Origin: Macrostomum lignano
Taxonomy: Eukaryota
Assembly: GCA_002269645.1 (NCBI GenBank)
Contig: NIVC01000085.1
Span: 868,001-932,000 of the forward strand
DNA length: 64,000 nucleotides
Direction of reading: 5' to 3'
Position 1 is the stretch's first letter. Each line of letters opens with the position of its first letter. Below are positions 1 through 44,439 of the stretch, piece after piece. Position numbers and translations under genes: made by a program. The notes beneath the pieces were generated by a model. That model did no database searches. It was given only the letters and a program-made list of their open reading frames with translations, and was not told where the DNA came from.

Positions 1-577
1 TCTTGTGAAATTTACGGCTTATGAAATTTACGGCTTATGAAATTTAGGGCTTGTGAAATTTAGGTCCTGTGAAATTTAGGTCTTGTGAAATTTAGGTCTT
101 GTGAAATTTAGGTCCTGTGAAATTTAGGGCTTGTGAAATTTAGGTCCTGTGAAATTTAGGGCTTATGAAATTTACGGCTTATGACATTTACGGCTTATGA
201 AATTTAGGGTTTGTGAAATTTAGGTCTTGTGAAATTTAGGTCTTGTGAAATTTAGGGCTTGTGAAATTTAGATCTTGTGAAATTTACGGCTTATGAAATT
301 TACGGCTTATGAAATTTAGGGCTTGTGAAATTTAGGTCCTGTGAAATTTAGGTCTTGTGAAATTTAGGTCTTGTGAAATTTAGGTCCTGTGAAATTTAGG
401 TCTTGTGAAATTTAGGTCTTGTAAAATTTAGATCTTATGAAATTTACGGCTTATGAAATTTAGGGCTTGTGAAATTTAGGTCTTGTGAAATTCAGGTCTT
501 GTGAAATTTAGGTCTTGTGAAATCTGCTGCATTGCTTATTTTTGACGTTGTGAAAATTAGGGTTTACGAAACGACCC
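1..577. repeat. 16-bp tandem array (TCTTGTGAAATTTAGG) ending in a MITE-like terminus
   Basis: Array is visible at 1-520. It is followed by TTGTGAAAATTAGGGTTTACGAAACGACCC (about 548-577), which resembles the right TIR of the element at 40648-40943. Confidence 0.85.
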
Positions 578-1736
578 TGCCAGAGGACAGGCGAGAAGGG
601 ACAGACAACTGCCCAGCGGCAGACAGAAGCCTGGGGCGAGGGCGAAGGGAACAGCTGACTAGTGCGGCGCCTAACTAAAAAAACTATCGACTCACAACAC
701 AACTCTGATCATAAATTTTTCTGATAGATCGAGTGGCCATGCAGACTTGGTAGACCGTTCAATAATTATCGATTCAGTTTTGCTCAGCTCAGTTGCGCTC
801 TGTTTTCTTTCTCTAACAGAATTTTTTTCTTCTCAAATACAACACCAGTAACTTTGGGAATTGGAATTGTCTAGGCCCCCTACGGGTGCTCATAATAGCC
901 TGCAAATGGTCTGCAAAAAAATATTGTACATGTATACGAGCGTAGCTATACTTATATGCTTTACTTCTTTGCAGTTGCGCTTCTGCTAAACGTTTCTATA
1001 CGAGTATAGCCACTGCCTTTACCCGATCAGGTTCATAAAAGTATACTCAATATTGCAGGGGGCAAGTGTTGTATTGTCACAAAGGGCATTACCCACAGAA
1101 TTTCTTAATAGAAAGAGAAGGCGCAACATTCAGAAGGAGGAGGACGCACTACTTCAAATATATCAGCCATGCCTTCAGACCTCGAGTCCCCAGCGGTGCC
1201 AGCAGCCGACGATGTCAGCGAGCAGCTCAGCAGCAGCCCGACAGTCACCTGCAGCCCCATCGTTGCGGCCTGGGACGCAGAGCCCATGCCAGTCTCGGGC
1301 AGATTGGCAGGTGGGGTCGTGAGCTTCTGCGATTGCTTAAGCATTACCGTAGTCTGAGACCTTTCCGACAGGCCCTGTCTGCATGCTGAAATTCTTTCTC
1401 CGGCTTTTCAGAGTCACTTTCGCAACATGATGGCGGCTGATCAGGGATTGCATCTGCATCACAATGTGTAAATTGATGTAGCTCGTATTGTAACTATAAG
1501 ACTCAATTGTTTGTACAGAAGAGATAGCATAAACTATTGGCTTTTCATTGCACACCCATCACCTAGATTCATTTATTAAATGTTAATAGTTAATGCATTC
1601 ACATGTAAACGTCAAAATTCATGTACATGCTCATATTGGTGATCAACAAAAAGTGACTAAAATACTGTTAGAGAACGATAAAGATGTGATTCACTGTGAT
1701 TCCATAAAATTACATGAAACTGCTCAATGTTAAATG

Positions 1737-2290
1737 AGGCGCAAAAATGAGTGCCTGCCTGCGGCGCCAAAATGAATGCCTGTGGCGCTAAAATGAGTGC
1801 CTGCCTGCGGCGCCAAAATGAATGCCTGTGGCGCTAAAATGAGTGCCTGCCTGCGGCGCCAAAATGAATGCTTGTGGCGCTAAAATGAGTGCCTGCCTGC
1901 GGCGCCAAAATGAGTGCCTGCCTGCGGCGCCAAAATGAGTGCCTGCCTGCGGCGCCAAAATGAGTTCCTGCCTGCGGCGCCAAAATGAGTGCCCTGCGGC
2001 GCCAAAATGAGTTCCTGCCTGCGGCGCCAAAATGAGTGCCTGCCTGCGGCGCCAAAATGAGTGCCCTGCGGCGCCAAAATGAGTTCCTGCCTGCGGCGCC
2101 AAAATGAGTGCCTGCCTGCGGCGCCAAAATGAGTTCCTGCCTGCGGCGCCAAAATGAGTGCCTGCCTGCGGCGCCAAAAAGAGTGCCTGCCTGCGGCGCC
2201 AAATGCCCTGCGGCGCCAAAAAAGTGCCTGCGGCGTCAAAATGAGTGCCCTGCGGCCCAAAAATGAGTTCCTACCCCGCAAAAATGAGTA
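1737..2290. repeat. 21-25-bp minisatellite (GCGGCGCCAAAATGAGTGCCTGCCT)
   Basis: Direct tandem units; reverse complement of the array at 23697-24340. Confidence 0.9.
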
Positions 2291-2802
2291 CTTTATAAAT
2301 TTAAGTCCATCATGTTTCATTTTAGTGTTTTGCTTTGTCCCCACCACAAAATCCATGGCGACGACAGCCTTGACAATATGGGCTCATTTTATCGCCGAAT
2401 TACTATATTTTGGCGTCGCAGGAGTGCAGGTTTCAGAATTTTTCAATCAATATTTATGCAGCTGTTGTTTTGTCAACAAAACTACAAAATCGACTAGCTT
2501 CTCGCTTTTTGTATCTAACTCTAATATAAATTATACTTTGGCTTTTCTCATGCCCCTACTAACAGTAGGCTAAATAGAACGAGTTTTGTCTTTTTAAACG
2601 GCGGTTTCCTATTGGTTGAGAGAGGGAATCCCTTGAGGTTGAATAGAAAGCTGAGGTCATGAATATATATATGCCTCGATTTCCTTAAGCGAAAGACCAA
2701 GACAAGAGAGAAAAGATAGAGAAGAACTTTCTGATTGTGAGCTCTAGTAGATTGATTAACTCTTGAGTCATTCGTTCATTCAGCAAAACAATTTTAAAAA
2801 TA

Positions 2803-5761
2803 ATGTCGGTGAAATTTATCATCCGAGTCTGCCTGCTGTTCCTGCTGGGCGTCGGCGTCAGCCTGCTGATTAACGTGATCCAGGCTCAGCGGAGTCACAC
2901 TTTGATCACCTCGGAGTGGCTCGGCCTCATCAAGTCAGGCATGTGGGTGCCGCCCGTATGCGGCATCTCTTCTGGTGAGTTTCTAGTTTAACTGCGCTAT
3001 TAGCAAACTCAGGAAGGGATTTCTAAGAAATTTCTGACTTTTTCTTTCTCGACTTGACGACTAAACAAGCCAAGAAATGTCATTTTCAAATTTGTTATGT
3101 CAATTTCGAATTTTGTAACTCGTGAGTCGTGACTCATTAGGCCACTAAGACAAAAACTCTGGACTTAAAGCTACTACTGACCCAAACTGAAAGGTTTGCT
3201 GACCTAATTACAATTCGTTACGATTAGGTGTATTGATTGACGATTCTTTTTTTGATGTTTGATACTCGATTTTTATGCCAAAATCATATCCAAGGATTAA
3301 AGAAAGCGAGTCATCCAAAGCGATTACAGGAGAAAGGAGTTATTAAAACGAAACATTAGAAAACATTAGAGAACGATATATTTTTTTAGTTCAGACATTC
3401 AGACACAAAACGAGCGATCGCAGAGAATGAATACTTTGAGGTCCCCTGTCCTTTCTTGTGTCTCACCATCTCCATTTGGCTTACAGTTTGTAGTGCCATC
3501 ATTGTACGGGCTAAATTTAGAATATGGGGTGGGGCTGGTGGGGTGAGCGCGCTGGGGATTCCCCTTAGGTCCCACTCTGACCTTGGTTTACTCTGACCTA
3601 TTCTTCTAAATGGTCGACTAAGCGTTGGATTTCCTGGCCAACCAAGTTCGCCCGTCCTCCCCCCCTCTCCCTCCCCCGACGGGTGGGGTGAAATGAAACG
3701 CGACACGCGACAGGACGCGCACAGCCACGTATTGATGGCGTGATGCGACGCGAAAGAGGAGGGGAGGGAGGGGGGTTCCCTCAGCTGTGGCGTGTTTGGC
3801 CCCCAAAGTACGCATTGAGGCGATTTGCGCCGCGCCCACCCTAAGAACCAGGGAGTTCTAGAAAAGTCAATCTACAGTAGTAATAGGGCTGTTTGCTTTA
3901 GATTGGAAGACTTAACAGAAAAAACAGGTAGCCAAAATAGATTAGCAGCTTTGAAAACTTCTCTGTGAATTTGATTCTAATTTGTAAACGTTTGGACTCG
4001 TTTTAAGGCTAAATAAATTTCCTATCTCCACAAACACGGCGGTACAAAATAAATATCAAATGAACTTTGCAAAAAGATTTGAAGTTGTTTAAGGTCAAAT
4101 GCAGAATAAAAAGTTTTTATGCATTCAATTAGTAAAGTTAGTTTTATTATAGAACTATTATGCTTTAATTATGCAATAATTGATTGGTTCAGCTTTGCCT
4201 TTAAATTTAAAGAGCTCTTGCTTTTGCTGCTGTAGTGAGTGATCCTGAGGTTTCAGGTTTGGTCATACATGTATGTACCGTACGGCGTACATAACTGTCA
4301 TTATTGATTATTTTGTGAAAAATATACGAATAAAAAATGCGTTCACTCTAATAGTCTAATGTCCCTCTCTTCTCAGCTCATGTCATCAAAAGTATCATTT
4401 CTACTTGCTTGGCTAATGGCTTGCAGAGTTGCAGAAAAAAGTAATGCTCTGTCGTCTGTACCCAGACCAGATTTCTAGTTTGAGCTGCCCATATGCACTC
4501 CATGCCCTCTTTGGGAGTATCATAAGAATGACACGCCACTCTACACTCAACTTAAATTTGTGGTGCTCACCTGGGGGGCGCCTGGCCATTTTCTCAGTTC
4601 GCCCGCACTCTACATTCAGTCTGGGGGTGGTGGGTGTTTGTCCAATGTACATTGTACCCTGTGCAAAGCGCGCAGCTGAACTTGGGCGGCGGGGTTGACA
4701 AAATAGCCTGACTTTTAAAGGAACGGGTAAAGTCGTTTGCGTTACAGTCTGGAGTTTTTTTAAATCGCGTGACACGAACGGTTTGAACTGGGTGGGCTGA
4801 AAAACAAACAGTTAAATGAGTTTCTCCACTTCAATCTTATTTAAAGTAATTAAAGACAGTGGCGCTGCATCAGCACAGGCTGAACAGTCCGTTACGGACC
4901 TACAGAAAAGTCCTACAGGCTTTTGCAGTTCGCATGAATTGACTTGCTGATATTTACAAGTTTGCCCTTTAATACTTGAAAATTGTCACGTGTTACAAGC
5001 TGTAATATTTCTGATTTCTAATTAAACACGGTCTTATCACAAGCAGATAACGTGGGTGGGCGGCAGTCGGGGCGCTTCGCTTTAAAAAATGGTGCTATTT
5101 TTATTCTTTATACACAAACGCATAAACTTTGGGCTTGGCATATCACGGGTCCAAGTCTGAAAGCAATTTAAAAAGCAATATAAATCACATGTCACGCGTC
5201 AAGTACAAAGTACAATGATCTGCCTGAAAGTGTAGCAATTATTAACGGAAATTTAAGAAAGTTTTTTATCGTTCAATCGTGTTTTTCATTTTATTTCATC
5301 ATTCAGTGCTCATCGGACTGCTCTATCCAACTCTGGACCATCAGCTTGGCAACCCAGTCACTGATCAGCACAACGATTGGACCTCGGTGATTCGATGCGT
5401 AGCCCTGTTCGTGGGCCTGAACCACGCCACAGCCAAGATTGACTTCATGTCGCACGAGCAGCTCAGCCTGTGCCTGGCCACCATGAGCCTGGGCCTTTGG
5501 TTCTACTTCGATGGCTCCCGGCCCGGCCTGGGACTCAGCCTGGTCATCGCCCTGCTGGCCAGCGCCGTGAACCAGCTCATGATCTGTCTTGACGCCTATC
5601 GCCCGTCCGTGGACTTTCTTCACGTCCGCGCCTGGCTGCCCTGCATCTTTTTCAGCGGCTCAGTCACGGTGGGCCTCATCGGCCGGCAGCTGGCTAAGAG
5701 CGAGTACCTCGGCTCGGTTAGCGACTCGTTTCGAGCTGGACTCAAAGCGCATCAGGAATGA
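2803..5761 (+). CDS. INSIG: Insulin-induced gene protein (INSIG), 2 coding exons 2803-2974 and 5307-5761, 208 aa
   Basis: Exon 1 reads MSVKFIIRVCLLFLLGVGVSLLINVIQAQR...WVPPVCG and ends in a phase-1 GTGAGT donor. Exon 2 follows a TTCAG acceptor, is phase compatible, and reads LIGLLYPTLDHQLG..WTSVIRCVALFVGLNHATAKIDF..WLPCIFFSGSVTVGLIGRQLA..KAHQE. These match vertebrate INSIG1/2 motifs. Confidence 0.95.
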
Positions 5762-7749
5762 TTTGATTTGAACTGGACTCAGCCATTCGTTTACTCTGCG
5801 TTTGAGTTTGTTATTTTTCCCAAAGCCGATATGTATCGAAAAGACGCATTATTTGTCATTTTCCGTAAGCCGATATGTATCGAAAAGAACTTTTATTCAA
5901 TTGTCATTTCTCCTGAGTCGTTTTAAAGCAAATTTGAACCATTTTATTCGTTGTTTAAATTTCTGTTGTCTACCCCGAAACAATTTTTTGTTTCTGCATT
6001 TCCTTTGCCTGTCTCCAGATCTGAATGCCCTTCATGAGTTACTGTCAGTAGTGCCTGCATTGTCTGATGCAATTCGGTTTTGCTAAGAATTAAGCAACTA
6101 ATATTTCTCTGTGTACATTTTTTTCATCAGATATTATAGATCATATCCGCCTTAATTGTCTCCTGTCCGTCATGTCATTAAGCTTTGAGGAAAAAATGTA
6201 AGGTTTCATCATTATACCAAAATGTTAGTTAATTATATTTCGCAATGCACTGTATAGTTTTCAATTCATATCGCAATGCTCATTCGTATTAATTAAAGAT
6301 CAGACAGACATTTTCGGCATTATTGTCACAATCCCGGTTAACTGGTACAATAATTGTTTGTCATTTGCAGTTCATTTATTCTCTAAAAAATAAGAAATAG
6401 TTGAAGTAATATATTACTTCACAGGTTTGCGATGTGTAAAAAGTTGAAGTGTAATACACTGTCTGTATTTTGGTTGCGGCTATTTATTTGCATAAATATA
6501 AAAGCTTCAAACTCAATCAGTATAGATATTTAATTTGGTGTGATTAAATTACAATTACTGATGCTGTTTCTGTAGAGTGTAAATGTGCATGAAATAATTA
6601 ATGCAAAGTATAATACGCCAGTGTACATACTTTAGGCCATTAGGGTACTTTATACATGTATTAACATCATTTCTGCAACCATCATGGTGTATTTGCTACT
6701 GAGAGTCTCAACGAGACACGGATCTTCTTAAAAATCAAAAGGGTGCGAGCGACAGCTTTGGGGCTTCGTGTTGGAATGCCTAAATAATTGATTGGATTTC
6801 CATGTACATCATATTTTAAATTCAAGTTAAAGTTGACAACTTATTCATTCGGTTAGTGAAGACTTCAATTGCATGCAGTGTCATTTTTATTTAGGATTTA
6901 ACAGATTTCTACAGTCGTGTGAGATTTTTGCGAAGACAAAAATACAAGCATGCATAATTTGTATGCAAACATACATGTACATGTATGCAAAATATGCAAA
7001 ACTCGTCTTTTGAAAATTATATGCAAAGATGAAATTTCTAAAGCTGGATTATTACGATGTGAGTCGATTTATACGTATACGTAAAATATTAAAAGGAAAG
7101 GAAAAGGTTAAAAAGAAATAAAAAAGCATAATCTACAACAAGCTGCAATGTGTCTCACATAATATGTACATGAAGCTCGTACAGTGCATGTAGTCACAGT
7201 CTCTATGCGCATGGTGTCGTTCAATATGTTACTGTCTGTTGAAGTCTCATTATGTCCGATTATCGTAGTTTTGTGTGGGTTTTTTTTTTAAAAAAGACAC
7301 TATAATTTATTGTTTTCTATTCGTGTAGCAATTTGGTGAAGCTAGGGCTAGATTTTGTAGAATTGTCCGGATTTAATACTTATCAGTCACGAGAGGTAGA
7401 TAAAACAAATACGAATATTATTAATAGGCATTAAACTCTGTCACAAAATGCTGATTTCAAAGTAAAAAATAACATTTTAAAGTTAAAAATTGATAGTTTT
7501 ATAATTCAACTTTTTAAGACCTAACTTTAAACGTTGCTACTCGCTTAGTTGAGCGATAATTCGAATTACTGAATATTGAAAGCATTTTTATGCGTGGGCC
7601 CCATTGTGCGCTTCGTAGCCTTTCTTTCAGGACTCGGATAAATATTTACCAATTTGACTTTTCAACCATCTGAGTAAAGAGAAAATAGACATAAATAATC
7701 CAGTTGCAATAGCGAAGTACAAACTTTGCATTGCGTCCGCTTTTAGAAT

Positions 7750-39456
<31,707 letters not shown>

Positions 39457-39648
39457 CCTTCCGAGGAGCGGAGCTGGGGCGTATTTGTATGATAAATCCG
39501 TTTACAGAAGCCCATTTGAATTCGATGATTTGCGACAGAGGCCAATGCTAGCTGTGGAAGATGCACAATAACTGCAGTCAGAATATTTGTGTTTGTAGGC
39601 CAACTTGCTTCCTTCCTGTGATATCGAAGCTTACTACCCTGTTTTTTA

Positions 39649-39654
39649 AATAAA
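39649..39654 (+). terminator. Candidate polyadenylation signal of CFAP46
   Basis: AATAAA about 190 nt after the stop codon. Confidence 0.4.
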
Positions 39655-40360
39655 CCGTCCGATTTTATAATTAAGATTGAATTCTCACAAGCCGGCTCAG
39701 TTGGCAATAAGGATTCCGATGTCAAACATAAAAAAGGCTTTTTGGACCTTGCAGAATATTCTACAATGGGACAGCTGGCAAATGGAAATGAAATGTGTCT
39801 TGCAAAAACCAACCTCTGCAATTCATTAGAGGCAAAGCTGACAGGGGCCCCTAGAAGGGTTGTTGGAATACTGATCCATTGAATACTCAGTTCGTGATTC
39901 ACTTTCAATTAACGCAACGATGCGTTCTAGGGAGAGATTACTTATGTGGTGCATTGTGAGCTCACCACTTTATGGCAACATGAAAGGCTCGCATTTGAGC
40001 AATACTTTTGAGCGGATTATTTTTTGAGCGGAAAAGGTGATGCTCTGATGCAGACAAAATCATTTAAATGCTTGGTTTTTTGTTTTATTTGAGACCCAAC
40101 CATGGAGGAAAGAATAGATATTGAAGATCTTGATTCTATTGTTTCCTTCATGGACCCAACTGACTAAAATTAAGGCTGAGGATCTTAGTGACAACCCAAG
40201 CTGTGCTTTTCTCGCTGTTGACAGGTACCCTATTTGGGGTATCAAGCCTCTGAGTAGTACCCCTTTTTGGAGGAGTAATATCCTATGGAATTCCTAATAC
40301 CTGAATTCTTAAAAAAATGTGATTCTAGCCTTAAAATCAATCAATATTAATCAGTGCTTG

Positions 40361-40520
40361 GGGGCGCTTCATCAGACCTAAATTTCACAACGCCTTTAAA
40401 GCAATGACTTTACATCACCTAAATTTCACAACGCCTAAAATCTCTGCACACTCCTCCCCATTCCGTTTTAGGTGTTGAGAAATTTAGGCGATATGAAATT
40501 TAGGTCTAATGAAAAGCGTC
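40361..40520. mobile_element. MITE-like element (shorter copy)
   Basis: Starts GGGGCGCTTCATCAGACCTAAATTTCACAA and ends ATGAAATTTAGGTCTAATGAAAAGCGTC, forming an imperfect TIR pair. Confidence 0.6.
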
Positions 40521-40647
40521 TCCAAAGTTTATATTCAGCTGCTAATGTTTGATTGCATGGCTTATTGGGTCATTAACAATGGCCCTGGGGGCTGTGGGCC
40601 CACTCTGAGGACTGAGTATTAGCTTCACAATTCCAACTCTCTCTGGT

Positions 40648-40943
40648 GGGGCTTCATAAGACCAAAATTTCACAATGCCAAAACATCATATTTCACAAGG
40701 CCAAAAAACATGACATCGAAATTTCACATGGCCTAAAATCGCCACTTCACATCGCCTAAATTTCATATCGCCTAAATTTCACAACACCTAAAACTGAATG
40801 TGAAGAAGCGTGTAGAGATTCAGGCGTTGTGAAATTTAGGCATTGTGAAGGAGGCTGCATTTTTGATTTTAGGCAATTTGAAATTTAGGCGTTGTGAAGT
40901 CATGTGCTTTAGACGTTGTGAAATTTAGGTCTCATGAAGCCCC
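40648..40943. mobile_element. MITE-like element with about 28-bp TIRs
   Basis: GGGGCTTCATAAGACCAAAATTTCACAA ... TTGTGAAATTTAGGTCTCATGAAGCCCC, with subterminal GTGAAATTTAGG repeats. Confidence 0.75.
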
Positions 40944-41639
40944 CCCCCATAAAATTCCAGTCTTGAAGCAACCCTTCCCTCACTCTTAGTATGGCTCACC
41001 CCACGAGCAGATGTACAAAGACCCATACCCAGCCTCGGCAGAATCCCGATTCCCTTCCCTCCCGGCAAGTTTGCTCGGCCAGTCTGGCTTCAATATGCGC
41101 CCCCTCCCACATCCACACCAACTCTTTCCACTGACTTACTTCAAGTTAGTGCACTTGCTGCTTTTGGTATGCATTTTTACTCACAAAACAGTGCATATTC
41201 TGATGTAAATAGCATTTAATTAAATGCGAATTTCCGATACGAAAGACTCGAAAAAGAAATACCCAATTCTGGGGTATCAATGGGAAAAATAGTAGCCAAA
41301 TCAGTTGACTAATACCCCATGGAGTACTAATTGGGGTAACAAAAACATGCTTCTTTGCCTTAGCGATCGCGGCTCTCAAGTTCACCTGAGACCTGAGAGA
41401 CTGAATGCAATAGAGAGATTCAATGTTGTTGGTTCAGTCAGGATTCTGTTGCAAAAGGGGTCAGAAAAAATTTTAACCTCATAATCCGGATAAAGACTCT
41501 AGATAATTGCTGCAGGCCAGGTGAGAGAGAAAAGGAGAAGGGATAGAGGAGAGAAGAAGAAGGATATGAGAGATGCGATGAGAGAAAGGATAGAGAAGAG
41601 AGGAGTGAAGAGATCAGACGAGAGAGGAGACGAGAGAGT

Positions 41640-42142
41640 CATCAGCACTCAGCTCAGCAGCAATCAGAGCCAGCATCAGCACTCGGCTCAGCAGCAATCA
41701 GAGCCAGCATCAGCACTCGGCTCAGCAGCAATCAGAGCCAGCATCAGCACTCAGCTCAGCAGCAATCAGAGCCAGCATCAGCACTCGGCTCAGCAGCAAT
41801 CAGAGCCAGCATCAGCACTCAGCTCAGCAGCAATCAGAGCCAGCATCAGCACTCGGCTCAGCAGCAATCAGAGCCAGCATCAGCACTCAGCTCAGCAGCA
41901 ATCAGAGCCAGCATCAGCACTCAGCTCAGCAGCAATCAGAGCCAGCATCAGCACTCGGCTCAGCAGCAATCAGAGCCAGCATCAGCACTCGGCTCAGCAG
42001 CAATCAGAGCCAGCATCAGCACTCAGCTCAGCAGCAATCAGAGCCAGCATCAGCACTCGGCTCAGCAGCAATCAGAGCCAGCATCAGCACTCAGCTCAGC
42101 AGCAATCAGAGCCAGCATCAGCACTCAGCTCAGCAGCAATCA
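41640..42142. repeat. 34-bp minisatellite (TCAGCACTCAGCTCAGCAGCAATCAGAGCCAGCA)
   Basis: Direct tandem units. Confidence 0.92.
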
Positions 42143-42696
42143 ATGCAGCCAGAAGCTCGTGGCTCTTCTGCTCGCAATTCCGTCCTACCAGCCTCCAAAT
42201 GATGGAGAGGATTTGTGACGAAGTCGGATGGGGCAAAAGGAAGGGAGAGGGGGAAGGGGCTTTGTGTCCCGCTCCCGTGGTGGCCCTTGGCTAATGATCG
42301 GCTCCAGCTTATCAGTGCGCGGCATCTCTGCTGCCTGAGGGGAGTCGAGAAAGGAAAATTGCAATAACTTGGGGGATCTGCAGCAGCCTCCTGGCATCCC
42401 GGATGGCCGGCTGAAGTTCGCACTGGATGTTCATTCAGAAACTGCATGCCGGATGAGACATGCATTTAATTCAGGCTGCAAATTTCTTTGACCCTACTGA
42501 CAGTAGCATACTGCGGAAACAGTTTTTTATCCATGTTTTATTGTTTGTGCTCAGTACGATATTTGTAGGCAAAACTACCAAAAGTATCAAGCTGAAGTTT
42601 AATATTTGTATACATAAGATACATGAGCTGGGATATGACAAGTGCATTTCTAAGCAATTGGATTTGAATGGGAATGGGGAATTTTAGGGAAAACTG

Positions 42697-43668
42697 CGGA
42701 GGAGAGGGAGACACCGGAGGAGGAGAGGGAGACACTGGGGGAGGAGAGGGAGACACCGGAGGAGGAGAGGGAGACACCGGAGGAGGAGAGGGAGACACCG
42801 GAGGAGGAGAGGGAGACACTGGGGGAGGAGAGGGAGACACCGGAGGAGGAGAGGGAGACACTGGGGGAGGAGAGGGAGACACTGGGGGAGGAGAGGGAGA
42901 CACTGGGGGAGGAGAGAGAGACACCGGAGGAGGAGAGGGAGACACCGGGGGAGGAGGAGGGAGACACCGGGGGAGGAGAGGGAGACACCGGGGGAGGAGG
43001 AGGGAGACACCGGGGGAGGAGAGGGAGACACCGGGGGAGGAGGAGGGAGACACCGGGGGAGGAGAGGGAGACACCGGGGGAGGAGAGGGAGACACTGGGG
43101 GAGGAGAGGGAGACACTTGGGGAGGAGAGGGAGACACTGGGGGAGGAGAGGGAGACACCGGGGAAGGAGAGGGAGACACTGGGGGAGGAGGGAGACACTG
43201 GGGGAGGAGAGGGAGACACTGAGGGAGGGTAGGGAGACACCGGGGGAGGAGAGGGAGACACCGGGGGAGGAGAGGGAGACACTGGGGGAGGAGAGGGAGA
43301 CACTGAGGGAGGATAGGGAGACACTGGGGGAGGAGGAGGGAGACACCGGGGGAGGAGAGGGAGACACTGGGGGAGGAGAGGGAGACACTGGGGGAGGAGG
43401 GAGACACTGGGGAGGAGAGGGAGACACTGGGGAGGAGAGAGGGAGACACTGGGGGAGGAGGGAGACACTGGGGGAGGAGAGGGAGACACTGGGGTAGGAG
43501 AGGGAGACACTGGGGGAGGAGAGGGAGACACTGGGGGAGGAGAGGGAGACACTGGGGTAGGAGAGGGAGACACTGGGGGAGGAGAGGGAGACACTGGGGG
43601 AGGAGAGGGAGACACTGGGGGAGGAGAGGGAGACACCTTGGGAGGAGAGGGAGACACCGGGGGAGGAA
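42697..43668. repeat. 21-bp purine/G-rich minisatellite (GGGGGAGGAGAGGGAGACACT)
   Basis: About 1 kb tandem array. Confidence 0.94.
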
Positions 43669-44439
43669 GCAAGAAGGGAGCTCTCAGGCTGGCAGTCACT
43701 TTAAGGGTACATGATTTAAATATGTTGGAAGTGTTATGACTGAGGCTTTCGGAGGCTGAGGCTGAGGTTGTCGGATTTGCAGCTCGCAGCTGCTTAATTA
43801 CATATATTTCCGCTCAGTTCTGAGCCAAGATTTTCTAGCTCTCTTTTTTATACCAAATTTAACTTTTTACGCATGCGCATAGTAGTAAATTGATATCTAT
43901 GTCCAAGCCATAGCAGGAAGTACATGATGAAATCAATTTTCAGACTGATTATACTGATTCTTTGAGCAGGTGCTTGAATAATACAGAAGCATCTGCACAC
44001 GACATGTTGAATAAAAGTACAATAAAAGTAAAGGAACTACCTTTAAAATATTTATCAGAAGCATTCACAGCACAATTTTTCAAACAGCCAGAGAAGCTTA
44101 AAAAATTCCGAGTTCAACTCAAGCTGCTGCATCAAGTCTCTCCAGCCTCTCCCTGACCCAGCCGACCATTGAATTTTCCAGGTTCATGCAGATAACTGCT
44201 ACCTGTGCATTTCGCTTGAATATTTCATAAAAAAGCATTGGCAATTGAGTACTGATGTTCGCAGAACAAAATCGCAGAGAAAAACCCGCTTCAAGGAGAC
44301 ATGCAGTTTTAACAGAAACTTTGGTATTAATACCTTTTTGCAGATATTTACATAAAACCAATTAAAGTACATTACCTGTTTCTTCTGAAGCAGTTCAGCG
44401 AAGGGCAAAAATATGGTCTTTCAGTTGTTTGTGTGTGTT

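Noticed and set aside
1059-1310. Possible exon (TGCAG acceptor, CAG|GTGGGG donor) upstream of INSIG
   Set aside because: It is GC-rich and open in several frames, but there is no recognisable protein and no partner exon.
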